Sequence record: SRR22947725_1942
DNA length: 45,314 bases
Direction: 5' to 3' (one strand)
The stretch's first letter is position 1. Every line of letters starts with the position of its first letter. Positions 10,450-19,122 of this stretch are shown here, piece after piece. The notes beneath the pieces are model-generated. The model saw only the letters and a list, made by a program, of their open reading frames with translations. It made no database searches and was not told where the DNA came from. The translations under genes were made by a program, and so were the position numbers.

Positions 10450-12057
10450 ATGAAAATAATCACCCTCTCCACTTTAACTCTAATCCTATCGTGTTTCTGT
10501 CTGTACGGAAAGAAAGCACCCAACTTCATCTTGATCTATGCAGATGATCTGGGCTATACCCAGACGAGTGTTCCCATGATGAAGGATCGACCTGAACTTG
10601 GGCATTCCCTTCATCAGACTCCAAACCTGGAAAAGCTGGCGGAGCGTGGTATGCGTTTTTCCAATGCCTATTGTCCTTCTCCGGTTTGCACCTCTTCCCG
10701 GGCAAGCATCCAGTTTGGAATGACCACTGCCCGGGTGGGTTGTGTTTCCATACATGATGTGGTGATGAACAAGAGGCAGGTGGATTTTGAAAAGAAACTT
10801 TCTCTGGCCGAAATGCTCAAGGAATCGGAAAAGGGCTATATCAGCGGTTTTTTTGGCAAGGGCTGTACTCCACTCGGTTGGTTCAAGGATCATGGATATG
10901 ACGAGACTGATTTCATTCACAAACACCCCAATGGCAATGGACATGGGGACTGGTGGGAACCGGCAGACAAAACCCTCATCCCACTCGATGATCCCAAACG
11001 TGTTTTCAGCTTGGCCAAGACTTCCAATGCATTTCTTGAAAAGAGAGCCAAGGATAAGAAACCATTCTTTCTGACGATTTCTCATTATGCCTTGCATGTT
11101 CGAAATATGTCGTTGAAAAGCACCCGCCGTAAATACTTGGATATGATTGCCGAACGGGAGGGTATCGAAGAAAAAATTCCGGATATTTCAAAATTTGATC
11201 CGAATGCAGATGAAATGCCACCGAAAATGAAGAGTCATTGGGAGCGGGCCAACTATGCGGCAATGATGGAAAATATGGATACCTCGATTGGAATGGTGCT
11301 TGATAAACTTAAGGGACTGGGTTTGCACAAAAATACTTTTGTAATCTTTTCTTCCGACAATGGGGGTGGAGCCAGTAATAAACCACTCCAGGGAGGAAAA
11401 GCCAGGATGTGGGAGGGGGGTATTCGGGTACCCATGCTCGTGTCTGGTCCCGGTATCCCCGCCAATTCACAGTGCGATATTCCAGTTGCCCAATGGGATT
11501 ACCTTCCCACCATGCACAAACTTTCGGGAAGTGAGGCCCCACTGCCCAAGGACTTGGATGGCGTAAACTTGCGTTCTGTCCTGAAGAAGGGAAATGAGGG
11601 AAAACTTCCCAAGCGGGACACGGGTCTGGTCTTTCACTTCCCTGCCTACTACACGATCCCGATCACTTCTTATCGGGATGGAGATTACAAACTGATGCGT
11701 CATTTAAACACCGGTGAGATTAAGCTCTTTGATGTGGCCAAGGACATGGGGGAAACCAAGGATTTATCCGCTTCTATGCCAGAGAAAAGAGATTCTATGG
11801 TTCGGAACCTGGATGCTTACTTGAAGAAAGTAGGAGCTTGGACTATGGAGGAAGTCTATGAAACCCGCCTTGATGAATTAAACAAATGGATCGGAGAGAA
11901 GCAGCAGCAGATTTCAGACTGTCAGAAAAAACTTAAGATTTCCCCGGATGACAAACAAATTAAAGTACAATTGAAACAGGCGCAGGATTCCCTTAGCAAA
12001 TTCCAAAAGACCCGTTCCCATGTCCTGGCTAACCAGTCCTCTTCCAACTGGCTGTAA
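10450..12057 (+). CDS. S1 sulfatase (tandem copy 4, divergent motifs)
   Basis: PNFILIYADDLG, CTSSR, GKGC, SHYALH, FSSDNG and GKARMWEGGIRVP. Confidence 0.93.
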   Translation: MKIITLSTLTLILSCFCLYGKKAPNFILIYADDLGYTQTSVPMMKDRPELGHSLHQTPNLEKLAERGMRFSNAYCPSPVCTSSRASIQFGMTTARVGCVSIHDVVMNKRQVDFEKKLSLAEMLKESEKGYISGFFGKGCTPLGWFKDHGYDETDFIHKHPNGNGHGDWWEPADKTLIPLDDPKRVFSLAKTSNAFLEKRAKDKKPFFLTISHYALHVRNMSLKSTRRKYLDMIAEREGIEEKIPDISKFDPNADEMPPKMKSHWERANYAAMMENMDTSIGMVLDKLKGLGLHKNTFVIFSSDNGGGASNKPLQGGKARMWEGGIRVPMLVSGPGIPANSQCDIPVAQWDYLPTMHKLSGSEAPLPKDLDGVNLRSVLKKGNEGKLPKRDTGLVFHFPAYYTIPITSYRDGDYKLMRHLNTGEIKLFDVAKDMGETKDLSASMPEKRDSMVRNLDAYLKKVGAWTMEEVYETRLDELNKWIGEKQQQISDCQKKLKISPDDKQIKVQLKQAQDSLSKFQKTRSHVLANQSSSNWL

Positions 12058-12093
12058 CTCGGGGTATTTTTTAATTCGTATTCAACAGGACGG

Positions 12094-12111
12094 CAGCTAA
12101 GTTCTTAGCTG
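12094..12111. promoter_or_regulatory. Perfect 8-bp inverted repeat (operator-like or start-occluding hairpin)
   Basis: CAGCTAAG-TT-CTTAGCTG. The last G is the first base of the GTG start at 12111. Confidence 0.35.
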
Positions 12112-13100
12112 TGGAAATTGAGCAGGTAGATAGGTTTATTTTAGAACGAACCAACGCGAATCGGATTACGAACCGGGTCGAAGTTCAGAGCCTTTGGAGT
12201 GGATACGGGAGTATTCAACGGCTGGACTTGGATGGAGGTGAGTTTTCGAGTATTATCGTGAAGCATGTTCAGCCCGGCAGGGGATCTCACCCAAGGGGAT
12301 GGAATACAGATCTGTCTCACCAGCGAAAACTCAAATCCTACCAGGTGGAAGCAAGTTGGTACCGAAAACAGGATGTGGATTGTAAAAATGGCTTCGCACG
12401 GATTCCGTCTTGCCTGGGAACGAAGAACGTGGGAGAGGAGGTATTACTTCTATTGGAAGATTTAGATGCTTCCGGATTTAGAGGCCGTAAAAGTTTCGTC
12501 AATCAGGCCGAGTGGAAGGCATGCGTTAGTTGGTTAGCTTCCTTCCATGCCGAGAATTTGGATGGGGATGCGACTGGGCTTTGGGAGAGTGGAACCTATT
12601 GGCATCTGGAGACGAGACCCGACGAATTGGAGCGGTTGGAGGATCAGGTGATTAAAAAGGCAGCCCCCGCGATTGATACCAAGTTAAAAACCAATAAGTT
12701 TCAAACCCTTGTTCATGGTGATGCCAAGTTGGCAAACTTCTGTTTCAATTCAGACGGAACTCGGGTGGCGGCAGTCGATTTTCAATATGTGGGTGGCGGT
12801 TGTGGGATGAAAGATTTAGCCTATTTTGTCGGGAGTTGTTTTCGAGATGAGGAAGCGGAAGAAATGGAGGTTGAGGTCCTTAATTATTATTTTACTCAGT
12901 TTCGAAAATCACTTGCACGAATAAATAGTCAAGTGACCGGCGAAGAAGTTGAGCTGGACTGGCGTTCTTTATACCGTGTCGCTTGGGCTGACTTTCATCG
13001 TTTTATGAAAGGTTGGAGTCCAGGGCACTGGAAGCTGAGCGACTACAGTGAACGGGTGACCCGGGAAGTAATTGAATCCTTGTGGGAGGAAAACGCCTGA
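12111..13100 (+). CDS. APH/choline-kinase-like small-molecule phosphotransferase (DUF1679/EcKinase-like)
   Basis: QSLWSGYG glycine loop, IIVK, LLLEDL, Brenner-type motif [10 protein letters not shown] and [17 protein letters not shown] start. Confidence 0.85.
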   Translation: MEIEQVDRFILERTNANRITNRVEVQSLWSGYGSIQRLDLDGGEFSSIIVKHVQPGRGSHPRGWNTDLSHQRKLKSYQVEASWYRKQDVDCKNGFARIPSCLGTKNVGEEVLLLLEDLDASGFRGRKSFVNQAEWKACVSWLASFHAENLDGDATGLWESGTYWHLETRPDELERLEDQVIKKAAPAIDTKLKTNKFQTLVHGDAKLANFCFNSDGTRVAAVDFQYVGGGCGMKDLAYFVGSCFRDEEAEEMEVEVLNYYFTQFRKSLARINSQVTGEEVELDWRSLYRVAWADFHRFMKGWSPGHWKLSDYSERVTREVIESLWEENA

Positions 13101-13957
13101 TGGATCTCAATCGGCTAACCATTCATGCGGTAAATGCCGCTCTTGATGCGGGTAATTTGATTCAACGTTATCAGGATATTGAGGTAGAAGTTTTACATAA
13201 GGACGGGGGAAGTACTTATGCTTCTCAAGTGGTGACCGAGGTGGATCAAAAAGCGCAGGATGCGATCTTACGAATTCTTAAGCCGACTTGTTGTGAGTTT
13301 GATTTGGCATTACTAACTGAGGAAAGTGAAGACGACCGTTCCCGATTCGAGAAGAATTATTTTTGGTGTATTGATCCTTTGGACGGCACTCTGCCTTTCA
13401 CTCGAAAGGAACCGGGCTATTCCGTTTCTATCGCTTTGGTTGCTCGGGATGGTTCGCCTCAAATCGGAGTGGTCTACGATCCGGTTCATGATATTCTTTG
13501 GCAGGCAACCAAAGGATACGGGCTGAAAAGGAATGGTATACCATGGAAAATGCAATCGAAGGGAAAAGAGTTGGTCTTTACTTACGATCGAAGTTTTGAA
13601 GATCATCCTGAACGATTACGGGTGTTAAGGGAGTTGGAAAACTATGCTGGCTCAGTTGGACTGCAAGGGGTAGTGGCGACTCAATTCGGTGGAGCTGTGA
13701 TCAATGCCTGTCATTCTCTGGAGTCGGCTCCCGGGTGTCATTTTAAATTTTCCAAGCCACAGGAGGGCGGGGGTAGTATTTGGGATTATGCAGCCACCGC
13801 TTGTCTGTATGAAGAGGCGGGTGCTGAAGTAAGCGATGTGCATGGTAATTCACTTGATTTAAACCGGAATGATTCAACTTTTATGAATCATGGCGGTGCT
13901 GTTTATGCCACGGACCAAGCACTAGCGCTCAAAATTAAGGAAATTCTAAGCCTTTAA
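13100..13957 (+). CDS. Inositol monophosphatase/CysQ family phosphatase
   Basis: VVTEVD, LTEE, CIDPLDGT and WDYAA motifs. ATG overlaps the kinase stop (TGATG), with GGAGG upstream. Confidence 0.9.
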   Translation: MDLNRLTIHAVNAALDAGNLIQRYQDIEVEVLHKDGGSTYASQVVTEVDQKAQDAILRILKPTCCEFDLALLTEESEDDRSRFEKNYFWCIDPLDGTLPFTRKEPGYSVSIALVARDGSPQIGVVYDPVHDILWQATKGYGLKRNGIPWKMQSKGKELVFTYDRSFEDHPERLRVLRELENYAGSVGLQGVVATQFGGAVINACHSLESAPGCHFKFSKPQEGGGSIWDYAATACLYEEAGAEVSDVHGNSLDLNRNDSTFMNHGGAVYATDQALALKIKEILSL

Positions 13958-14051
13958 TTTTGGTCTTCGATTGATTTTCGAAAATTCAGTGAGTCTCTCC
14001 TTATCCCTTGCCACAAAGAGGGATAAAATGAAAAGGTAATTTTATTATATA

Positions 14052-16214
14052 ATGAAAAATCTAATCCTTTTCTTACAAACATCCTGTTTTATTTTAGCCA
14101 GTGTTGCCTTTGGAGCGGAGCGCCCCAACATTCTTTATTTATATGTGGATGACCTCGGTTGGGGCTCGATTGGCCCGAATGGTCAAGCTGAGAGAAAAGC
14201 CGAAGGTAAGCCCTATGTGCTTACACCGAATTTGGACCGCTTGGCGGAGCAGGGAATCAACTTTACCCGAGGTTATGGATGTACGGTTTGCTCACCTGCA
14301 CGGTCATCCCAGCAAACCGGATTTCATCAGGGGTATACCTTTGCTGACCGTAATGATCCGGATAATGCCAAGAAGGCAATTCGTAAGGATGACATTACCA
14401 TGGGTGATGCACTTACCAAGGCTGGATATGCTACCGGATATTGGGGAAAGTGGGGATATGGAGGATCCAAGGATATGCAAAATCCAACTATCGATAATGT
14501 GCAGACTCTCCCCACTTCTCACGGATACAAGTTTGTTGTCGCGGAACTCCATCATGTACGTGCCCATACCTTTTTCCAGCCAACCCTTTGGAATGCACCT
14601 TCGAAACGAAGGCTAGCCGGAGGGTTGGAGCTCAAGGCTAACAGCATGGCAAAATACAGGAAGCAACAGTCTTATTCGAGTTATCCTGCATTTCAAAATC
14701 ATCCTGAATACCCCGATCCTGCCTATTGTGATGATGTTTATGCATTTGCCTGCCTTGATTTTGTGAGGAATCAGGCACAAGAATACAATCGTTCAGGCAA
14801 GCCATTTTTTGGCTTATTTGCGGCTCAGATTCCTCATGCTCCTTTTAAGGAAGTGGAAAAACTTCCGAACTGGGATCATGACTACAAAGACAAATCCTTT
14901 TTTAAAAAATTATCTCCCCAATCCCAACAGTGGTGTGCCATGGTCACCCGGATTGATGCTCATTTTGGTAATATTCTGGAAGCCTTGGATGACCCGAATG
15001 GAGATGGAGATAAGTCAGATTCTGTAGCTGATAATACGCTGGTTGTTTTTCAATCGGATAACGGCGGTCCGGGTGGGAGCAATCGTGAACAATTAGACGC
15101 GAACGGAGGACTTCAGGGATCAAAGGGAAGTATTTATGAAGGAGGTATTCGAGTACCCACAATTATACGATGGTCAGAGAAGATAACTCATCAATCAAAG
15201 CTGAAAAAAGGATCAAGTACTGACTTGGTTATGGATTGTTCGGATTTGCTACCCACTTTTTGTGAACTTGCAGGAGTACCGATTCCTCTTGGGGTGAGCG
15301 GTGTCTCCCTTGCTCCCACTCTTACAGGTAAGGGCATTCAACGACCAAGAGATTATTTGATTCACGAAGCAGGAAATCAGGCGTCGATTATTCAGGGGCA
15401 GTATAAATTAATTCGCCCGCGCGGAGATACAAAGTCATCGGCAAGCAATAAAAAGAAAAAGCGAAAAAAGGAACCCGTTACCATGCTTTTTGATCTCAAT
15501 ACTGATCCTGCAGAGCAAAATAATCTGGCTAATGTTCGCCCACAATTGGTTAAAAAGCTTAATGCACTCCTGACTGCGGAACGGGTGGATGAACCCGCAG
15601 GGTTTGCCAATACCTATCATACGTGGAATGCGAAAACCTATAATGGTTCCCTTGGTTCGTCTTCGAATTGGTCGGAGTATATTTATGAAAATGCGGAAGT
15701 GATGTATATGAAGGAAAGTGGCGCACCCAAATCTCATTGGTGTGCTCGGATTCAAGAGGGAACGGCGGTCGCATTGAAAGAAACTAATTTTCTGGGCCTC
15801 GAGGTAAGCGGAGTTCTTGTCGTAAAGAAGGGAGCAAAAGTAAGTGCAAGAAATGAACTGAGAGTCTCTCATGCAGGGCAAGTCAACCTGCAAGGAGGGA
15901 TGATCGGATCTGATCGTTGGCTTGAGATAAAAAAGGGGGGAGTCCTTAAGGGACACGGAATGATTAAAGGAGATCTTTATAACCAAGGAACATTTGCTTT
16001 GCAGATGGACAAACCTATACAGGTTGATGGTTCCGTGAATTTGTCCGGTAGGTTAGAGTTATTAAAAACAGGTACAATCAATAATGGTGAAAGTTATACC
16101 GTACTTCAGGCCAATTCGGTTTCAGGAGGTTTTGAGAATGATGAGGTGTCAATTGGCGGTAAAAGTTTTTCGGTCTTCTACACTCCGACCTCAGTGACCG
16201 TGAAAGCAAAGTAG
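14052..16214 (+). CDS. S1 sulfatase with ~200-aa C-terminal beta-rich (passenger-like) extension
   Basis: RPNILYLYVDDLG, CSPAR, GKWG, QIPH, QSDNG and KGSIYEGGIRVP. Gly-rich beta repeats follow DPAEQNNL. Confidence 0.92.
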   Translation: MKNLILFLQTSCFILASVAFGAERPNILYLYVDDLGWGSIGPNGQAERKAEGKPYVLTPNLDRLAEQGINFTRGYGCTVCSPARSSQQTGFHQGYTFADRNDPDNAKKAIRKDDITMGDALTKAGYATGYWGKWGYGGSKDMQNPTIDNVQTLPTSHGYKFVVAELHHVRAHTFFQPTLWNAPSKRRLAGGLELKANSMAKYRKQQSYSSYPAFQNHPEYPDPAYCDDVYAFACLDFVRNQAQEYNRSGKPFFGLFAAQIPHAPFKEVEKLPNWDHDYKDKSFFKKLSPQSQQWCAMVTRIDAHFGNILEALDDPNGDGDKSDSVADNTLVVFQSDNGGPGGSNREQLDANGGLQGSKGSIYEGGIRVPTIIRWSEKITHQSKLKKGSSTDLVMDCSDLLPTFCELAGVPIPLGVSGVSLAPTLTGKGIQRPRDYLIHEAGNQASIIQGQYKLIRPRGDTKSSASNKKKKRKKEPVTMLFDLNTDPAEQNNLANVRPQLVKKLNALLTAERVDEPAGFANTYHTWNAKTYNGSLGSSSNWSEYIYENAEVMYMKESGAPKSHWCARIQEGTAVALKETNFLGLEVSGVLVVKKGAKVSARNELRVSHAGQVNLQGGMIGSDRWLEIKKGGVLKGHGMIKGDLYNQGTFALQMDKPIQVDGSVNLSGRLELLKTGTINNGESYTVLQANSVSGGFENDEVSIGGKSFSVFYTPTSVTVKAK

Positions 16215-16386
16215 CAGGCATTTCTTTAACTCTAATTTCCGCCCTGTAAAATTGAAAATTTGAGGGGTTTTTAAAAGTACCTTCATCATATTTGTTTTAC
16301 TTTATCAAAACTGATCGGTTGCACGCCCTGCTTTTTTTGTTCATCAAAAAGTATAACCCGATTAACCAACCAACCCTCAAATTGCC

Positions 16387-17718
16387 ATGAATAAACAGCC
16401 CGTTTCTCCCCCCTTAAGTCGAAGATCCTTTGTCAGAGCAGCTGCAGTAACATCGGTAGTGGCTGGATTTCCCGCCATTACTCATTCCAAATCTCCCAAT
16501 GGGAAACTTGCGATTGGATTGATCGGGGTAGGGGGGCGAGGTCGCGGACATGTTGCGGGTTGTCGAAATGAACAGGTAGTATCTCTTTGCGATGTGAATA
16601 AGAAAAATCTCGATGGTGCCGCTCGTTTTCCTTGGTGCAAGGATGCCCGCACAACCTCCGACTTTCGTGACTTTTACGAAAAGATTGATGATCTCGACGC
16701 AGTGGTGGTTTCGACCACAGAACATACTCATGCCTTTTCCACGCTTCCTGCCTTGCAGGCAAAAAAACATGTTTATTGTGAGAAACCCCTTACCCGCGAT
16801 GTTCATGAGTGTAGAATTATCACCGAGGCTGCAGCCAAGGCAGGTGTGCAGACTCAAATGGGCACACAGATTCATGCCGGGGAGAATTTCCGTCGGGTGG
16901 TGGAACTGATTCAATCGGGAGCGATTGGGGAAGTACGGGAGGCTCATACCTGGGTGAGTCGGGCATGGGGCTGGAAGAGTTCGGCCGATGATACCCCCAA
17001 AGAAGCTCATCCAATTCCTGAATTTTTAGACTGGGATTTGTGGATCGGTCCTGCTCCTTTTCGTCCCTTTAACAATGTCTATTTCCCTGGCCCCAAATGG
17101 TACCGATGGTGGGACTTTGGAAACGGGACCATGTCAGACTTGGGCAGTCATCGTAACGACCTTCCTTGGTGGGCACTAAAGTTAGACGCACCTCTCACCA
17201 TTGAGCCTCTTACTGGTCCGAAGCCACATCATGATATTGCACCTGCATCTATGAGTGTGAAGTATACCTTTGCCGCTCGCGGTGATGGATACCCAGCGGT
17301 GGAACATACTTGGTATCAGGGAACCGAGAAGCCCAAGATTTGGCATGAGAAAAAGATTCCTCAGTGGAGTAATGGAACCCTTTTCATTGGTGATCAAGGA
17401 ATGGTTCTGTCCGAATACGGAAAGCACACACTTCTCCCCGAGGAAAAGTTCAAAAATTTCGAACGGCCTGAGCGATGGATTGAACCTTCTCCTGGACAAA
17501 TGGCTGAATGGATCCGTGCCTGCAAGGGTGAAGGTCCTGAAGCTTTGTGCAACTTTGCTTATGCCGGGCCGCTCACCGAAGCCAATCATTTAGGCAATGT
17601 TGCCTATCGGGCTCAAAGTAAGCTCGATTGGGATGCCAAGAACATGAAGATTCCCAATGCCCCCGAAGCTGAAAAGTATTTGGGGAGAACTTACCGCAAG
17701 GGTTGGAAACTTGTCTGA
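16387..17718 (+). CDS. Gfo/Idh/MocA family NAD(P) oxidoreductase, Tat-exported
   Basis: SRRSFV Tat motif. [31 protein letters not shown] and [13 protein letters not shown]. Confidence 0.93.
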   Translation: MNKQPVSPPLSRRSFVRAAAVTSVVAGFPAITHSKSPNGKLAIGLIGVGGRGRGHVAGCRNEQVVSLCDVNKKNLDGAARFPWCKDARTTSDFRDFYEKIDDLDAVVVSTTEHTHAFSTLPALQAKKHVYCEKPLTRDVHECRIITEAAAKAGVQTQMGTQIHAGENFRRVVELIQSGAIGEVREAHTWVSRAWGWKSSADDTPKEAHPIPEFLDWDLWIGPAPFRPFNNVYFPGPKWYRWWDFGNGTMSDLGSHRNDLPWWALKLDAPLTIEPLTGPKPHHDIAPASMSVKYTFAARGDGYPAVEHTWYQGTEKPKIWHEKKIPQWSNGTLFIGDQGMVLSEYGKHTLLPEEKFKNFERPERWIEPSPGQMAEWIRACKGEGPEALCNFAYAGPLTEANHLGNVAYRAQSKLDWDAKNMKIPNAPEAEKYLGRTYRKGWKLV

Positions 17719-17729
17719 TTATTCATTTT

Positions 17730-18710
17730 ATGAAAATACCATTCACTATTGTATGTGCCCTGCTTTCACTTACCGGTACACTTATATTTTCGAGTTGTTG
17801 CACACCAGCTCCCCAATTTCCTAATGAAGACTCAAGTGATCGGTTGCAAATCATCGACACTCACATCCACCTCTACGATACCAACCGCTCACAAGGGGTG
17901 GATTGGCCTCCGGTGACGGACAAGGTTTTGTATCGTCCAGTTCTTACCGAAGACTTCGATAAAGTAGCAGATCGGGAAGGTATTGCATCCACTGTAATTG
18001 TGGAAGCGAGCAGTCGCGTGGAGGACAACCAATGGATGCTTGATTTGGTTAAGGAAAACCCGGATCGTTACTTGGCATTGGTGGGCAACCTGCCCATTGG
18101 TACGGATGAGTTCGCCGGCTTGATTGACCGGTTCTCCAAAGATTCCCGCTTTGTCGGGCTCCGGATGAGGGATCGCCCAGATGGAGATGCCTTCTTCACC
18201 GATGCGGTTTGGCGAGACTTGGCTATCCTGGAAGAAAAAGGTCTGTCCCTTGATGTCCTTATCAATAATTTTTCCATCGACGAGGTCACTGAGGTTGCCA
18301 AGCGACTACCTGACTTGAAGATCATGATTAATCACTTGGGTGGCTTGAATATTTCCAATGATCCCTTTGATGAAAAATGGAAGGAAGCAATGAAGAAAGT
18401 AGCACTTCATGAAAATGTGTACTGTAAAGTAAGCGGTATTTTCCAGCGAGCCGGGGTAAACCCTACACCCAAGAATCGATCTTTTTACTCTCCCGTTTTT
18501 AAGGTTGTTTTCGACGCCTTTGGAGAAGACCGTGTAGTGTATGGAAGTAACTGGCCCGTAACGGATCGGGGCGGGAGTTATGCTGAGCAGTTAAATATTA
18601 TTAGAGGATACTTTAATCCACCAGTCATGAGGCTTAAAGACAGTATCAAGGGAGAACTTATCGCCAAGAAACTATTCCGAGAAAATGCGATCAGGTTTTA
18701 TGGCCTTTAA
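17730..18710 (+). CDS. Amidohydrolase_2 family protein (L-fuconolactonase-like), probable lipoprotein
   Basis: IIDTHIH, GLRMR, NHLG, YCKVSG and YGSNWP. ATG at 17730 gives MKIPFTIV...FSSCC, a lipobox-like leader. Confidence 0.85.
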   Translation: MKIPFTIVCALLSLTGTLIFSSCCTPAPQFPNEDSSDRLQIIDTHIHLYDTNRSQGVDWPPVTDKVLYRPVLTEDFDKVADREGIASTVIVEASSRVEDNQWMLDLVKENPDRYLALVGNLPIGTDEFAGLIDRFSKDSRFVGLRMRDRPDGDAFFTDAVWRDLAILEEKGLSLDVLINNFSIDEVTEVAKRLPDLKIMINHLGGLNISNDPFDEKWKEAMKKVALHENVYCKVSGIFQRAGVNPTPKNRSFYSPVFKVVFDAFGEDRVVYGSNWPVTDRGGSYAEQLNIIRGYFNPPVMRLKDSIKGELIAKKLFRENAIRFYGL

Positions 18711-19030
18711 TCAATAAAAGAACAGATGTATTCGCAGATGCCATCGTTTACTTCGATGGTAAAGCCACTCTTTTCCGGTACATGAAATGATTGATTCTCG
18801 CCGTAGGAATTTGATTCCTCTGAGCCGTCTAATCTCACATCACAGGTCCCGGCAATGATTTCCATTTGTTCTGCTTGATCCGTATTAAAGTGGTAGCTAC
18901 CCGGATAAATTAATCCAAGTGTTTTTTGGGCACCGTCTGAAAGTACCACGGAATGACTGACCACTTTTCCGTCAAAATAGACATTTGCTTTTGCAGTTAC
19001 TGTGGCTTGGTTGAATTTAATGGTTTCCAT
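18707..19030 (-). CDS. ppnP: Pyrimidine/purine nucleoside phosphorylase (DUF1255)
   Basis: KANVYFDGKVVS, KTLGLIYPGSYHFNT, EQMEIIAG, F-V-P--S-F and EYICSF. ATG at 19030. Confidence 0.9.
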   Translation of the reverse strand: METIKFNQATVTAKANVYFDGKVVSHSVVLSDGAQKTLGLIYPGSYHFNTDQAEQMEIIAGTCDVRLDGSEESNSYGENQSFHVPEKSGFTIEVNDGICEYICSFID

Positions 19031-19039
19031 AAGGATTGA

Positions 19040-19069
19040 GCATGCTGTGGGGATGAAGAAAAAAGTCAA
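19040..19069 (-). promoter_or_regulatory. Possible sigma70 promoter of ppnP
   Basis: TTGACT at 19069-19064. The -10 candidates (CAGCAT at 16-nt spacing, CATGCT at 19-nt spacing) are weak. Confidence 0.3.
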
Positions 19070-19122
19070 GAATGGCTTAATATTACATCCTCTTAAGTTT
19101 ATTTTTAATCTAAGATAATTAG

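Noticed and set aside
10486-11097. Long antisense ORFs (203 aa here; also 16414-17010, 15435-15986, 36615-37178)
   Set aside because: They are fully nested opposite well-supported genes and have no motifs. They are typical shadow ORFs.
8259-11709. Near-identical DNA stretches between sulfatase genes (e.g. ATGCGTCATTTAAAC)
   Set aside because: Explained by paralogous coding sequence (KLMRHLN). Not a repeat element or CRISPR.
14001-14026. Inverted repeat TTATCCCT-N10-AGGGATAA upstream of sulfatase 5
   Set aside because: No U-tract on the + strand and no second copy seen, so no function can be assigned.
18707-18710. Convergent genes sharing TTAA as both stop codons
   Set aside because: Common compact-genome arrangement with no evidence of regulation.
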